This document shows, one piece after another, positions 1 to 10,606 of a stretch of DNA of 64,000 nt. This DNA is from a bacterium (lineage in GTDB: Bacteria > RBG-13-61-14 > DATKZS01): the NCBI GenBank assembly GCA_963674965.2, contig CAXXFL010000006.1, positions 736,001 through 800,000 of the forward strand, in the 5' to 3' direction. Both the position numbers and the translations under genes were made by a program. Under the pieces are notes generated by a model. That model made no database searches. It saw only the letters and a list, made by a program, of their open reading frames with translations, and was not told where the DNA came from. Numbering within the stretch: the first letter of the stretch is position 1; each line of letters starts with the position of its first letter.

Positions 1-650
1 GTGTCCACAAATATATAAGTCGCGCCCTCGGACACGGCCACCTCGATGGCGTAAACCGAGCCCGACCCATTATCGAAGCGCACCGTGTACGTCCCCGCGT
101 CCAGCGCCCCCGCCACGGCCAGCTTGAGGGTGTCGCCCTCCTCGAGCTCGTCCGCCCAGGTGTCGCCGTCCCCGAGGGTCAGCTCGCCGATGGCGCTCTC
201 GGCCAGGAGCCTAAGCCGCGCCGCGTCCAGCTCGGGCGTCGCCGAGTCTCCCTCCCCCGGCCCGCAAAGCTGGGTCGCTCCGTCCATGACGGAGGTCACG
301 CCGTCGCACAGCCCGTCGCCGTCGGTGTCCGGATTGAATGGGTTGGTATAGAAATACCCCGAGTTCAGGTACTCCTCGAGGTTGGTCCTCCCGTCCCCGT
401 CGGGGTCCTCGGCCGCGTCGCCCACCAGCGGGTCCAGCCCGGCCACGACCTCCCAATAATCGTCGATCCCGTCCCCATCCGAGTCGGCCAACAGCGGGTT
501 GGTCCCCAGCCTCGCCTCGATAATGGCCGCCATCCCGTCCCCGTCATAATCCGCCACCGCCGTATCGCACTCCACCACCACCGGATCGAACCCCAAGCTA
601 TCCGCGTACTCCACCTCCCACCCGTCCGTGAAGCCGTCAAAGTCGGAATC
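1..650 (-). pseudogene. Orphan Rhs cassette 5: homology arm only; the toxin tip lies beyond the window start
   Basis: Near-identical to the 3' part of the 3255-aa gene, starting at the same [15 protein letters not shown] codons as cassettes 2-4. Confidence 0.85.
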
Positions 651-670
651 GGCGGAAGTAATAATGACAA

Positions 671-683
671 GTTTTCAAAGAGC
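671..683 (-). promoter_or_regulatory. boxA-like motif GCTCTTTGAAAAC upstream of cassette 5
   Basis: Same motif as before the other cassettes, 20 nt upstream of the homology arm; resembles the Nus-factor boxA consensus. Confidence 0.6.
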
Positions 684-736
684 GGAGTTACATCTATATC
701 GACAACTAAAGTGTACAATGCCCGTCTTCGGGTTGC

Positions 737-1303
737 CTATTCACAGCCGATAACACTGGCCCTGTATTTATCAAGATATTTAACGTTTGCTTTCTCTAAA
801 GCATCTTCAAGACATTCTATTCCATTTTTTATTTTATAGTCCACTTCATCTTTTGTAATTGGAATTAACCAATAAAAAGAAACGGCATCATTGTTATTCT
901 TTAATATTTCAAAGCCTGGACCGTCAAGATAAGGCAATGAAATAAGGCCATATTCACAATTGGAATCAGGCAACCATCCTCTTCCAAAATTAACGGTATG
1001 CCATAGACCAAGACTACTATCAGTTGCGTGAAAATGTACTACTACGGTTAATAGCTCTACGAGGCCTTCATTTCTTTCTGGTGAGTGTATATGTAATTCG
1101 ATCTTTTCCCGATCTTGAAGTGTTGACATTCCACATGTTGCATATGTCCACATATCCCTTTTTATGGTTGGCCTAAACTCAAGGACGCTAAAAAATTGGG
1201 GCAGTTCATGAATTGGCCCTTTATTCCATTTTTTTATTGCTGCCGCATTATTCCAGTTGGTTTCGTAATGCTCTCTAATCAATTCTGTATTATGATATAT
1301 CAT
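737..1303 (-). CDS. Suppressor-of-fused (SuFu) family immunity protein, cognate to the cassette 4 toxin
   Basis: WTYATCGMS...IELHI...[10 protein letters not shown]...[11 protein letters not shown] motifs are typical of SuFu domains. Its start overlaps the toxin stop (ATGA) and it is AT-rich. Confidence 0.85.
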   Translation of the reverse strand: MIYHNTELIREHYETNWNNAAAIKKWNKGPIHELPQFFSVLEFRPTIKRDMWTYATCGMSTLQDREKIELHIHSPERNEGLVELLTVVVHFHATDSSLGLWHTVNFGRGWLPDSNCEYGLISLPYLDGPGFEILKNNNDAVSFYWLIPITKDEVDYKIKNGIECLEDALEKANVKYLDKYRASVIGCE

Positions 1304-3060
1304 AGTCCATGCTCTTCTTTCTTTTTCTTTGAATAATTGCTCATTTTGCCACCCTGTATATTAGAATCCTTCCTCTTTTGTGTTTGCATCCTTCCTCTGT
1401 CGTTGGCACTTTCTTTCCTCTCAGATTCATTCATCTGATAGCCAGGCTTTTCATCATTCGATAGGTCGCCTTCATAATATCTTTGCACTAAGGGCGGGTC
1501 GTGGTCAACAACTTCATCTGGCTCGGCCCCTAATTCTCTTCTATCACTCTGCTTAGGAGTATTTCCATAATGCTTTCGCCTGTTATATGCCTCAGTTGGC
1601 CCGTCACTTTCGTCAGTTTTTTCATCTACGCCTGGGCTTGGTTCAGGTGAAGGAGACTCGTAATTCGGGTCCACTGGCTCTGAAGGCGGAGCTATATCCT
1701 GGCTAGATTCACCAGCCGCATAAAGTTCAATGAGCAATTCAGCGGCGCCCACCAACGCGGATGAAACGCCAACCCCATAACCAAGCTGATAGCAAGCCCT
1801 CGTGGGGTCGCCTTCTTCTGGCATGTAATAAGTATAATACGCCAGATGTGCATTTTCCGTGGAACGCAATCTGCCGCCTGAAGCTTCATTAACGGCGTCC
1901 GCAGGGACCAGAAACAAAGCATGCGAATACGCGCCTAAACATTCACTATAACCTAAGGCGGCCTCCGCGACTTCTCCTTCCATTCCTGACGCGTCTTGGT
2001 ACACGAACGGGTTGTTATAAGCGTAGGCGTACTGGTTGATGCCCCCGGCAACCGGATCGACGCTGACGAACCTCCCCAAATCCGGGTCGTACCAGCGGGC
2101 GCCGAGTTGATAGAGGCCGACGTCATTGTCGGAGCGGCGACCGACGAAGCCGTGGGTGATGGAGGAGTTGGTTATGGTGAGGGGGTGGGAGGGCGAGCCG
2201 GCGAAGTCGGAGCCGAAGGGGAGGTAGGCGCGGCGCCAGACGGTCTCGCCGTCGGAGTTGGTGGCGACCACCGGGGAGTGGAGACCGTAGTGGAGGTAGA
2301 GCCGCTGGGAGATATTGACCGAGGCGGCGCCCGAGTCGAGGAGGCTCGAGCCCGAGTCGTCCACCACGTCAATGTCGAAATTTCCCGAGGCGTCGTCCCC
2401 GAGGTCTCCCGTGTCCACAAATATATATGTCGCGCCCTCGGACACGTACGCCTCGATGGCGTAAACCGAGCCCGACCCATTATCGAACCGAACCGTGTAC
2501 GTCCCCGCGTCCAGCGCCCCCGCCACGGACAGCTTAAGAGTGTCGCCCTCCTCGAGCTCGTCGGACCAGGTGTCGCCGTCGCCGAGGGTCAGCTCGCCGA
2601 TGGCGCTCTCGGCCAGGAGCCGGAGCCGCGCCGCGTCCAGCTCGGGCGTCGCCGAGTCTCCCTCCCCCGGCCCGCAGAGCACGGTCTCACCGCTCATGAC
2701 TGAGGTCACGCCGTCGCACAGCCCGTCGCCGTCGGTATCGGGATTCAGGGGATTGGTGTAGAAGTAGCCCGAGTTCAGGTATTCCTCGAGGTTGGTCCTC
2801 CCGTCGCCGTCGGGGTCCTCCAAGGAGTCTCCCACCAGCGGGTCCAGCCCGGCGATGACCTCCCAATAATCGTCGATCCCGTCCCCATCCGAGTCGGCCA
2901 ACAGCGGGTCCGTCCCCAGCCTCGCCTCGATAATGGCCGCCATCCCGTCCCCGTCATAATCCGCCACCGCCTCATCGCACTCCACCACCACCGGATCGAA
3001 CCCCAGGCTATCCGCGTACTCCACCTCCCACCCGTCCGTGAAGCCGTCAAAGTCGGAATC
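1300..3060 (-). pseudogene. Orphan Rhs cassette 4: arm, Rhs core and a putative HNH-like nuclease tip
   Basis: [17 protein letters not shown]...[11 protein letters not shown] core followed by a unique tip ([15 protein letters not shown]...SNIQGG). No convincing start; the ORF-track GTG is an internal Val codon of the main gene. Confidence 0.8.
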
Positions 3061-3080
3061 GGCGGAAGTAATAGAGGTTA

Positions 3081-3093
3081 GTTTTCAAAGAAC
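3081..3093 (-). promoter_or_regulatory. boxA-like motif GTTCTTTGAAAAC upstream of cassette 4
   Basis: Conserved motif 20 nt upstream of the arm. Confidence 0.6.
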
Positions 3094-3131
3094 GGAATTA
3101 CATGCTACGTGTATTGCAAGATACTCCTAAC

Positions 3132-3755
3132 CTACGAAACATTTATAAATATTATATTAGTATATTTTCTAGCTTCGATATATTCTTTAACTTTTTCGGT
3201 ACAAAATATCCATCCAGGAAACTGCGCTATTCTGAATATATCATATGTTGTTGAGTAATTATGATCCAAAACCAAACCGCTTCTCTTTGGGATATAATAA
3301 CGATAACCACAGGTAGAACATGTCTTTTCTAATTTTACATTCGATTTGGCTTCATCCAAAGGAAACCAGGAGTCAACCCACAATTCGCTTAATGTAGGAC
3401 CTTCGTAAGGCAGATATATCCTTTTTTGGGTTCCTTCTCTTGTAGCCTTTGGCATCTTAAGGCGATTGTCTTGGAACATTTTAATTTCTTTAATATCAAA
3501 GCCGCTAAAATGCTTTTTAAGTTCAAGCGCAACGAATTGTTTGGACACCAACTCGAAGCTAATTCCACTCCAAATAAAGTCGCCTATTAAATCCGAACCC
3601 GGTTCCCATTCTATTATTAAAGGAGGTACTCTTATTTGACTCGATCTTGTACATTCAGGACATAGACCTTCACTTTTACTTGGCGTCCAAGTACCTCGTA
3701 TTCCAAATTGCGCATAATTATAGTCTCTTGGAGATAGCATCTGATAAAAAGACAT
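3132..3755 (-). CDS. Immunity protein with two CxxC motifs (double-CXXCG/Imm11-like), cognate to cassette 3
   Basis: CPEC and CSTCG motifs; C-terminal DIFRI...IFCTEKVKE..E....TNIIF. Lies immediately downstream of the toxin with an RBS (GAGGTG) and resembles 9933-10598. Confidence 0.75.
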   Translation of the reverse strand: MSFYQMLSPRDYNYAQFGIRGTWTPSKSEGLCPECTRSSQIRVPPLIIEWEPGSDLIGDFIWSGISFELVSKQFVALELKKHFSGFDIKEIKMFQDNRLKMPKATREGTQKRIYLPYEGPTLSELWVDSWFPLDEAKSNVKLEKTCSTCGYRYYIPKRSGLVLDHNYSTTYDIFRIAQFPGWIFCTEKVKEYIEARKYTNIIFINVS

Positions 3756-3767
3756 TTTTTCACCTCA

Positions 3768-5552
3768 CTAATCATCAACGTATTGTATTCCTAATTCCTT
3801 GTTCACTTCTTCTCTAATCCTTAATACATCATCCGCAGTAGGTGTGCGTCCTAGGTCTTCAATTTTTTGTTTTGTTAATTCATTTACAAGACCACCACCT
3901 TTGCCTTTATGTATTCGATTATGCTCATCAATATCAATCTTCCTTCTATTGGGAAAACCTGGTTTTCCTCTTACGTTAGGATTGTTAGCAACGTCAGACG
4001 GTAAATGCTTATCCAATACCTCTTTCGGGGTCTGGTGATGCATATGCGTGCCTTTTGACACACCTTTACTCGCGTCGAGAATCTCATCAGCCGCGTCCAC
4101 CGCGTTAAAGAGCTTTTTATTATTCCTCGACATTATATAATAAAACATGGCGCAATCGTCCAATGGTATTGGAGTCGATTCCGCCGTGGCCATGCCATGA
4201 GCCGCGATATCGTCCATGGGCAAGCCTATTTTTTCACCCGCAGCGTCAACGGCCATTCCCGGCCCAGTTATTGGTATGGTTGCTACTTGGAAAGAAGTGT
4301 CAGTGCCTTGTCTAAATTCTTCCATTCCTTTATCGGATATTGGATCGGCCCCTAATAATTCACCTCCGGCATCAACGCCCTCAATTGTTCCCCTTGCGAT
4401 TATAACCGACAACCCTCCTACGGCGCCAGCGATGACAAAGCCCTGAACCACTGGGCCAATCCAGACCGGGATATTGCCATCCGCGTCCTGGAAAACGAAA
4501 GGGTTGTTATGGCTATATGCGTACTGATTAAGAAGTCCCGGAACGGGGTCTCTACTCACGAACCTCCCCAGGTCCGGGTCGTACCAGCGGGCGCCGAGTT
4601 GGTAGAGGCCGACGTCATTGTCGGAGCGGCGGCCTACGAAGCCGTGGGTGATGGAGGAGTTGGTTATGGTGAGGGGGTGGGAGGGCGAGCCGGCGAAGTC
4701 GGAGCCGAAGGGGAGGTAGGCGCGGCGCCAGACGGTCTCGCCGTCGGAGTTGGTGGCGACCACCGGGGAGTGGAGACCGTAGTGGAGGTAGAGCCGCTGG
4801 GAGATATTGACCGAGGCGGCGCCCGAGTCGAGGAGGCTCGAGCCCGAGTCGTCCACCACGTCAATGTCGAAATTTCCCGAGGCGTCGTCCCCGAGGTCTC
4901 CCGTGTCTATAAAAATATAAGTCGCGCCCTCGGACACGGCCACCTCGATGGCGTAAACCGAGCCCGACCCATTATCGAAGCGCACCGTGTACGTCCCCGC
5001 GTCCAGCGCCTTCGCCACGGACAGCTTGAGAGTGTCGCCCTCCTCGAGCTCGTCGGACCAGGTGTCGCCGTCGCCGAGGGTCAGCTCGCCGATGGCGCTC
5101 TCGGCCAGGAGCCGTAGCCGCGCCGCGTCCAGCTCGGGCGTCGCCGAGTCGCCCTCCCCCGGCCCGCAAAGCTGGGTCGCTCCGTCCATGACGGAGGTCA
5201 CGCCGTCGCACAGCCCGTCGCCGTCGGTGTCCGGATTGAATGGGTTGGTATAGAAATACCCCGAGTTCAGGTACTCCTCGAGGTTGGTCCTCCCGTCCCC
5301 GTCGGGGTCCTCGGCCGCGTCGCCCACCAGCGGGTCCAGCCCGGCCACGACCTCCCAATAATCGTCGATCCCGTCCCCATCCGAGTCGGCCAACAGCGGG
5401 TTGGTCCCCAGCCTCGCCTCGATAATGGCCGCCATCCCGTCCCCGTCGAAATCCGCCACCGCCGTATCGCACTCCACCACCACCGGATCGAACCCAAGGC
5501 TATCCGCGTACTCCACCTCCCACCCGTCCGTGAAGCCGTCAAAGTCGGAATC
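3768..5552 (-). pseudogene. Orphan Rhs cassette 3: arm, Rhs core, hydrophobic segment and His-rich nuclease-like tip (DUF2380-like)
   Basis: Rhs core ending NNPFVFQDADG; the tip has HMHHQTP...EHNRIHKGKGGGLVN. Confidence 0.8.
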
Positions 5553-5572
5553 GGCGGAAGTAATAATGACAA

Positions 5573-5585
5573 GTTTTCAAAGAAC
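5573..5585 (-). promoter_or_regulatory. boxA-like motif GTTCTTTGAAAAC upstream of cassette 3
   Basis: Conserved motif 20 nt upstream of the arm. Confidence 0.6.
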
Positions 5586-5786
5586 GTAGTTACATCATTA
5601 TCGACAACCTAAGCAGAGGTCATCCTTTGGAAACGATTCTCTATGACCTGCTCGCTATGCTCGCCCACATAGCGGAGCTATGTGTAAACATGAAAGCGGG
5701 CTGTCCTCCAAGACGGTTTGAGGTATAACCGTAAACCAAGGGGTTGCAATGCAGGGCCCCAAATAAATGAAGGGAGGTACAGCCCA

Positions 5787-6872
5787 ATGACAACTTATCT
5801 CGGATTGGACGTGCATTCAAGGAGGACGGTGTTCGTGGCCCAGGAGGAGGACGGAAAAATAATCGCCCGGGGGGACGTGGCTACCGACCGCGCCGGCTTC
5901 GAGGAACTTCTCGGCCGGCTCGGAGGCGAGCTCGGGATCAAGACCGGCCTGGAGAGCGGGGCCCAGTCCTTTTGGGTCAGCGAGCAACTCTCCGAGCTGG
6001 GGTTTCACCCTTACGTGATCAACGCCGCCGAAGTGCGGGCCAAGTCGCTCCGCCCCAACCAGAAGAGCGACGGCCGCGACGCCCTCGAGATTTGCGACGG
6101 TCTGCGCCGCGATCTTTACGTCAGCCGCGTCTACGTGCCCGGCCGGTCCGTTCGCCGCCTGCGGTCCCTGCTCGGCCGCCGCCGTTTTTTCATCCGCCAA
6201 ATGACGTCCCAGGTCAACTCGGCCAAGGCCCTTTTGCGGGGCGAGGGAGTTCGAGTGTCTTTCCGCCTGAACACCGCCTCAGGCTGGAAGCGGGCGCTGG
6301 AGTCCTGCCCGGACTCCTTCCAGCGCGACCTTTTGCGGATGCACTTTCGGACCTGGCGTCAGGTCTCGGAGGAAGTCGCTCGCTTGAACAAGAAAATCGA
6401 AAAGGAGGCGGGCGCCCATTTCGCCGATGCTTATCCCCTGCTCCAGACCGTCCCCGGCGTGGGTCCGGTGACGGCGGCGACCTTTCTTTCCGTTATCGCC
6501 GACGCCGGGCGGTTCGAGCGGAGCGGCCAGGCGGTAAGCTACCTTGGACTCTGTCCGTCCAGTTGGGACAGCGGCGACCGGGTGGTCCACGGCCGTATCA
6601 CCAAGCGCGGGTCCTCGGAGGCCCGCTCGATGCTGGTGGAGGCGGCCCATCACGCGGGCCGTCCCACTCACCCCCTCAACCCGTATTTCGCCCGGGTGGC
6701 GGCGAGGCAGGGTTACAAGAAGGCGGTGGTCTGCGTGGCCCAGCGGCTTTGCCGCGTCATGTGGAGAATGATGTTGGACGGCGAGGAATTCGACGCGGGC
6801 AAGCTCAACGTGACGCCCACGAGCAAGGTCAAGACGAGGAAGTATTACTGGAAGATCAAGGAGGCCGTTTGA
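5787..6872 (+). CDS. IS110-family DEDD recombinase/transposase
   Basis: YLGLDVH, LESG, KSDGRDA (RuvC-like DEDD), LQTVPGVGPVTA, YLGLCPSSWDSG, GRITKRGS. RBS GGGAGG precedes ATG 5787. Confidence 0.95.
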   Translation: MTTYLGLDVHSRRTVFVAQEEDGKIIARGDVATDRAGFEELLGRLGGELGIKTGLESGAQSFWVSEQLSELGFHPYVINAAEVRAKSLRPNQKSDGRDALEICDGLRRDLYVSRVYVPGRSVRRLRSLLGRRRFFIRQMTSQVNSAKALLRGEGVRVSFRLNTASGWKRALESCPDSFQRDLLRMHFRTWRQVSEEVARLNKKIEKEAGAHFADAYPLLQTVPGVGPVTAATFLSVIADAGRFERSGQAVSYLGLCPSSWDSGDRVVHGRITKRGSSEARSMLVEAAHHAGRPTHPLNPYFARVAARQGYKKAVVCVAQRLCRVMWRMMLDGEEFDAGKLNVTPTSKVKTRKYYWKIKEAV

Positions 6873-7255
6873 CTCGTTGAGGTCGCGTCCGTGACTTGGC
6901 CGGCTTGAGGGCGGGCCAGGAGGCGCGAGAATCCGTGTCACTCCAAAATAGTTTTCGGCGACTCCTTGGTAACCCGTGGCCGCGAAGGCCTTCTATGTGT
7001 ATGGAGCAACGCCGGGACACCGAACGTATTCGTGAGGCTTACGACCTCTTGACCTCGAATAGATGGTTGGAGGGAGGCACGGACCGGGGGGCGCTTTTTC
7101 ATCTTTCCGTCATGGGATTGACCCGAAACAATCCCGCCCTCCGTCCCTCGCCCGCTCGGTCCTCCGGTCATGATTCTTTCGGGTAAAGGAGGGTAGACGG
7201 AAAGAAGAAAAAGCTTTGGCAACTGGAGGATGAGACCGTCCAGGGTTGACAATTT
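6873..7255 (+). ncRNA. Putative bridge/seek RNA region of the IS1111-type element; boundaries approximate
   Basis: Contains GGTAACCC (6968-6975) and TTCTATGTG (6991-6999), which match the two halves of the insertion target and flank a GGCC-GCGAA-GGCC hairpin closed by CTCC/GGAG. Confidence 0.7.
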
Positions 7256-7294
7256 GCTTTCATAGATGGGTTACCTGTTGTTATGAGTAACACG

Positions 7295-7909
7295 TCACTT
7301 GTTACTTTTCATTATTTTATCTATATATATTTCTGCGGTTATACCAGATGGTTTCCCTTTAGTTCCAAAGCGCAATTCTTCAATAATCTGTTCCAACTTT
7401 TCAGTTGGGCCAATTTCATTTAGCAGAACCATTAGGTGCATCAATCTTTGAAACTTCGTTAAGCCTGGAGATCTACCCGAAATCCATAGATCTCTTAATG
7501 CGCTGTTACTGGAATATTTTTGCAGCTCTGGAATAATATAATGCCCAGTGCTTGTAAGAATTTCCTCATCGAGACCGGCAAGGTTTGAATTGTCATTGAT
7601 TGTCCACCATGTATCCTTAGGCTGGGGCAATATATGTCCTATACGTTGACGAAAGTGACAATCTTCAATCTTTGGACGTTTAATTGGTTCATTATAAAAT
7701 TGAAAGAGTATTTGTGATGATATCCCAATATTAATCGTAAATATGACTTCATGCTTAGTACTTTTTGTGCTTTTTTGAAAGTTAATGAGTCTCCATATAT
7801 CATCTTTAAAAAGCAAGTAAGTATTGCCATAACGTTTATAACCATGTGCCGATAATAATGGCTTGATCTGCCCCCTCACTAATCTGTTAAATTCAGATGA
7901 AGCTTCCAT
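7295..7909 (-). CDS. DUF4304-like protein, probable immunity protein associated with cassette 2
   Basis: IKPLLSAHGYKRYGNTY...INFQKS...FTINIGI pattern; AT-rich; RBS AAGGAG; downstream of the cassette 2 toxin. Confidence 0.7.
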   Translation of the reverse strand: MEASSEFNRLVRGQIKPLLSAHGYKRYGNTYLLFKDDIWRLINFQKSTKSTKHEVIFTINIGISSQILFQFYNEPIKRPKIEDCHFRQRIGHILPQPKDTWWTINDNSNLAGLDEEILTSTGHYIIPELQKYSSNSALRDLWISGRSPGLTKFQRLMHLMVLLNEIGPTEKLEQIIEELRFGTKGKPSGITAEIYIDKIMKSNK

Positions 7910-8137
7910 TTTGATAAATCTCCTTAATAAGGGTCTATACCTACAATTTATTGACCATTCCTTGCTTTGAATACCACGTCGATTATTTACTTATTATAAG
8001 ATATCGGAAAAATCTTATCGAAAGCTTTGTCATTTTATTCAGGTAACTATTTAAAATTAATGCCGACTAGTAATGATTGCCTCGCAATAACTATTACGCA
8101 AATATTATATTCAATATTATTGAAATTTCGTAACACT

Positions 8138-9871
8138 CTAATTGTCCCGCACGATATTGACAATATATTCTTTAAAAATATCAAGCCATTTATCTTTTGC
8201 TCTCTGCGAAGGTTTATAAGGTGAATTTCCCGTTTTAGTCTCAATTCCACCCAGTACCTCACCGTCTTTGCTGACCTCAATGTCTATACGACGTTTTCCA
8301 AACCAAGTTTTTTTCGTCACCTCTTTTTCGACTTCATACCCATTTTTCTCAATTAATTCAGCTATCTCGTCACGAAAAGCGTCTCCTTTTGCTTTATTTT
8401 TTGATAATTGAGAAGCTTTAGATGATCTCCCCGCATTTGCGGCTGCCATTTCCTCACCGGCGACAGCTTTGGCCCCAAGGCCCATAGCCCCTAGTTCAGC
8501 TATACTGCCAAAAAGCTGAATGTCGTTTTTACACGCGAAGCTCCCGCCGATTCCATAAGCCCAATACTCAGCTGACCCTTGTTCTGATGCCTCGGCCATG
8601 GCCCACCAATCCTCATGGGCGGTACCGGTGAAAAAGTCATGAGTATCTTCCCATGCCAAGATTTCCGACTCCGTGCCCTCTATGTAATACATTGCGGTAT
8701 CAAGTCCCGGCACCTTTACAACCTCATTGATTTTTATCCATGGGCTGAGGGCTTGTTTGACGACTCCGGTGGTAAATTGTTCGAAAAACAAACCGGAAGC
8801 ATCATGATAAACGAACGGATTGTTATTGGCGTAAGAGTACTGGTTCAGAAGGCCAGACACCGGGTCTGTGCTCACGAACCTCCCCAGGTCCGGGTCGTAC
8901 CACCTTGCTCCCAACTGGTAGAGGCCGACGTCGTTGTCTTGTCGGCGGCCGACGAAGCCGTGGGTGATGGAGGAGTTGGCGATGGTGAGGGGGTGGGAGG
9001 GCGAGCCGGCGAAGTCGGCGCCGAAGGGGAGGTAGGCGCGGCGCCAGACGGTCTCGCCGTCGGAGTTGGTGGCGACCACCGGGGAGTGGAGCCCGTAGTG
9101 GAGGTAGAGGCGCTGGGAGATATTGACCGAGGCGGCGCCCGAGTCGAGGAGGCTCGAGCCCGAGTCGTCAACCACGTCAATGTCGTATGAGCCGGAGCCG
9201 GCGTCGTCCCCGAGGTCTCCCGTGTCTATAAATATATAAGTCGCGCCCTCGGACACGGCCACCTCGATGGCGTAAACCGAGCCCGACCCATTATCGAACC
9301 GAACCGTGTACGTCCCCGCGTCCAGCGCCCCCGCCACGGACAGCTTGAGAGTGTCGCCCTCCTCGAGCTCGTCGGACCAGGTGTCGCCGTCGCCGAGGGT
9401 CAACTCGCCGATGGCGCTCTCGGCCAGGAGCCGAAGCCGCGCCGCGTCCAGCTCGGGCGTCGCCGAGTCGCCCTCCCCCGGCCCGCAGAGCACGGTCTCG
9501 CCGCTCATGGCGGAGGTCACGCCGTCGCACAGCCCGTCGCCGTCGGTATCGGGATTCAGGGGATTGGTGTAGAAGTAGCCCGAGTTCTGGTATTCCTCGA
9601 GATTGGTCCTGCCGTCCCCGTCGGGGTCCTCCAAGGAGTCTCCCACCAGCGGGTCCAGCCCGGCGATGACCTCCCAATAATCGTCGATCCCGTCCCCATC
9701 CGAGTCGGCCAACAGCGGGTTGGTCCCCAGCCTCGCCTCGATAATGGCCGCCATCCCGTCGCCGTCATAATCCGCCACCGCCTCATTGCAATTTACCACC
9801 TCCGGGTCGAAGCCAAGGGTGTTGGAGTACTCGACCTCCCACCCGTCCGTGAAGCCGTCAAAGTCGGAATC
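8138..9871 (-). pseudogene. Orphan Rhs cassette 2: arm, Rhs core and PD-(D/E)xK restriction-endonuclease-fold toxin tip
   Basis: Core ending [11 protein letters not shown]; tip [11 protein letters not shown]...RRIDIEV...IETKTG...SQRAKD. Confidence 0.8.
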
Positions 9872-9891
9872 GATGGAAAGAACAGAGGCAA

Positions 9892-9904
9892 GTTTTCAAA
9901 GATC
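9892..9904 (-). promoter_or_regulatory. boxA-like motif GATCTTTGAAAAC upstream of cassette 2
   Basis: Motif conserved although the flanking sequence differs; 20 nt upstream of the arm. Confidence 0.6.
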
Positions 9905-9932
9905 AAATGATCGCGAGCTTTTAATCTAAGGC

Positions 9933-10598
9933 CTACAAATATTTAATCCCTTTATGTCCTATCGCGCTTCCTTCCTCAACGGGTGTGAAACGAAAGTTGG
10001 TTAGCTTGTACTTTTTCGCGCAATCTATAAGAGCATCCGTACAAAAGAACTTAAGATACGATAAATTGGTAGTGAAAAGGTTTTTACCGTCCCAACTGTC
10101 AGGCTTGAATATATAAGGGCATATTTTTGAGTGCTGCAATGTATATGTTTTAGTAATATCGTACAACAATCGTCCACAGCTTTCACAATAGCGAGCATCA
10201 AGAAATCCACTGGCGAGTAAGTCAAGCTCGGCGCCACAGAGTTTTTCTCCATCCACCCAATAGTACTTTGGAGGCTTTGTCCCCTCAAGCTTTTTTGGAT
10301 AAGGCTTTTGGAGTTTAACCCTGTGAAGGGGGATTTCTCCAATGTTTTCTTTCGACCATGCTGCGACGACTTTTTCTGAGATAATTAATAACATTTGGCT
10401 TCCGCAACCTAAAACATCAGCCCACTTGGTACCCTTATCCGGCTCAAAAATAACGGAGATATCACCTGAAGGATAGAATCTCCGGCCTCCGCATTTTTCG
10501 CAGGGGGGCAACATGGTAATTCCTTTCGTTATTTCCGATATCCAGGGGAAGCCTCTTGTATCAAAGGAGTTATCTGAAATGGAGTAAAATTTAATCAT
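9933..10598 (-). CDS. Immunity protein with two CxxCG motifs, cognate to cassette 1
   Basis: CEKCG and CESCG motifs; C-terminal WDGKNLF...FFCTD....CAKKYKLTNFRF; directly downstream of the toxin stop. Confidence 0.75.
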   Translation of the reverse strand: MIKFYSISDNSFDTRGFPWISEITKGITMLPPCEKCGGRRFYPSGDISVIFEPDKGTKWADVLGCGSQMLLIISEKVVAAWSKENIGEIPLHRVKLQKPYPKKLEGTKPPKYYWVDGEKLCGAELDLLASGFLDARYCESCGRLLYDITKTYTLQHSKICPYIFKPDSWDGKNLFTTNLSYLKFFCTDALIDCAKKYKLTNFRFTPVEEGSAIGHKGIKYL

Positions 10599-10606
10599 AA
10601 CGGTGC

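Larger units (their letters stand above)
5683..7266 (+). mobile_element. IS110-family (IS1111-type) insertion sequence, copy 1, 1584 bp
   Basis: Inverted copy at 51629-53212. Subterminal inverted repeats ATGAAAGC (7 nt from the left end) and GCTTTCAT (3 nt from the right end); long non-coding right end. Confidence 0.92.

Noticed and set aside
5972-7252. 302-aa, 220-aa, 104-aa and 96-aa ORFs within IS110, mirrored at 51643-52923
   Set aside because: They overlap the transposase or the guide-RNA region, are low-complexity Arg/Pro/Gly-rich, and have no recognisable motifs.
5600-7294. Integron attC site around the IS110 target hairpin (CATAAC after the DUF4304-like gene)
   Set aside because: There is no good matching GTTRRRY end, no similar sites after the other immunity genes, and no integron integrase.
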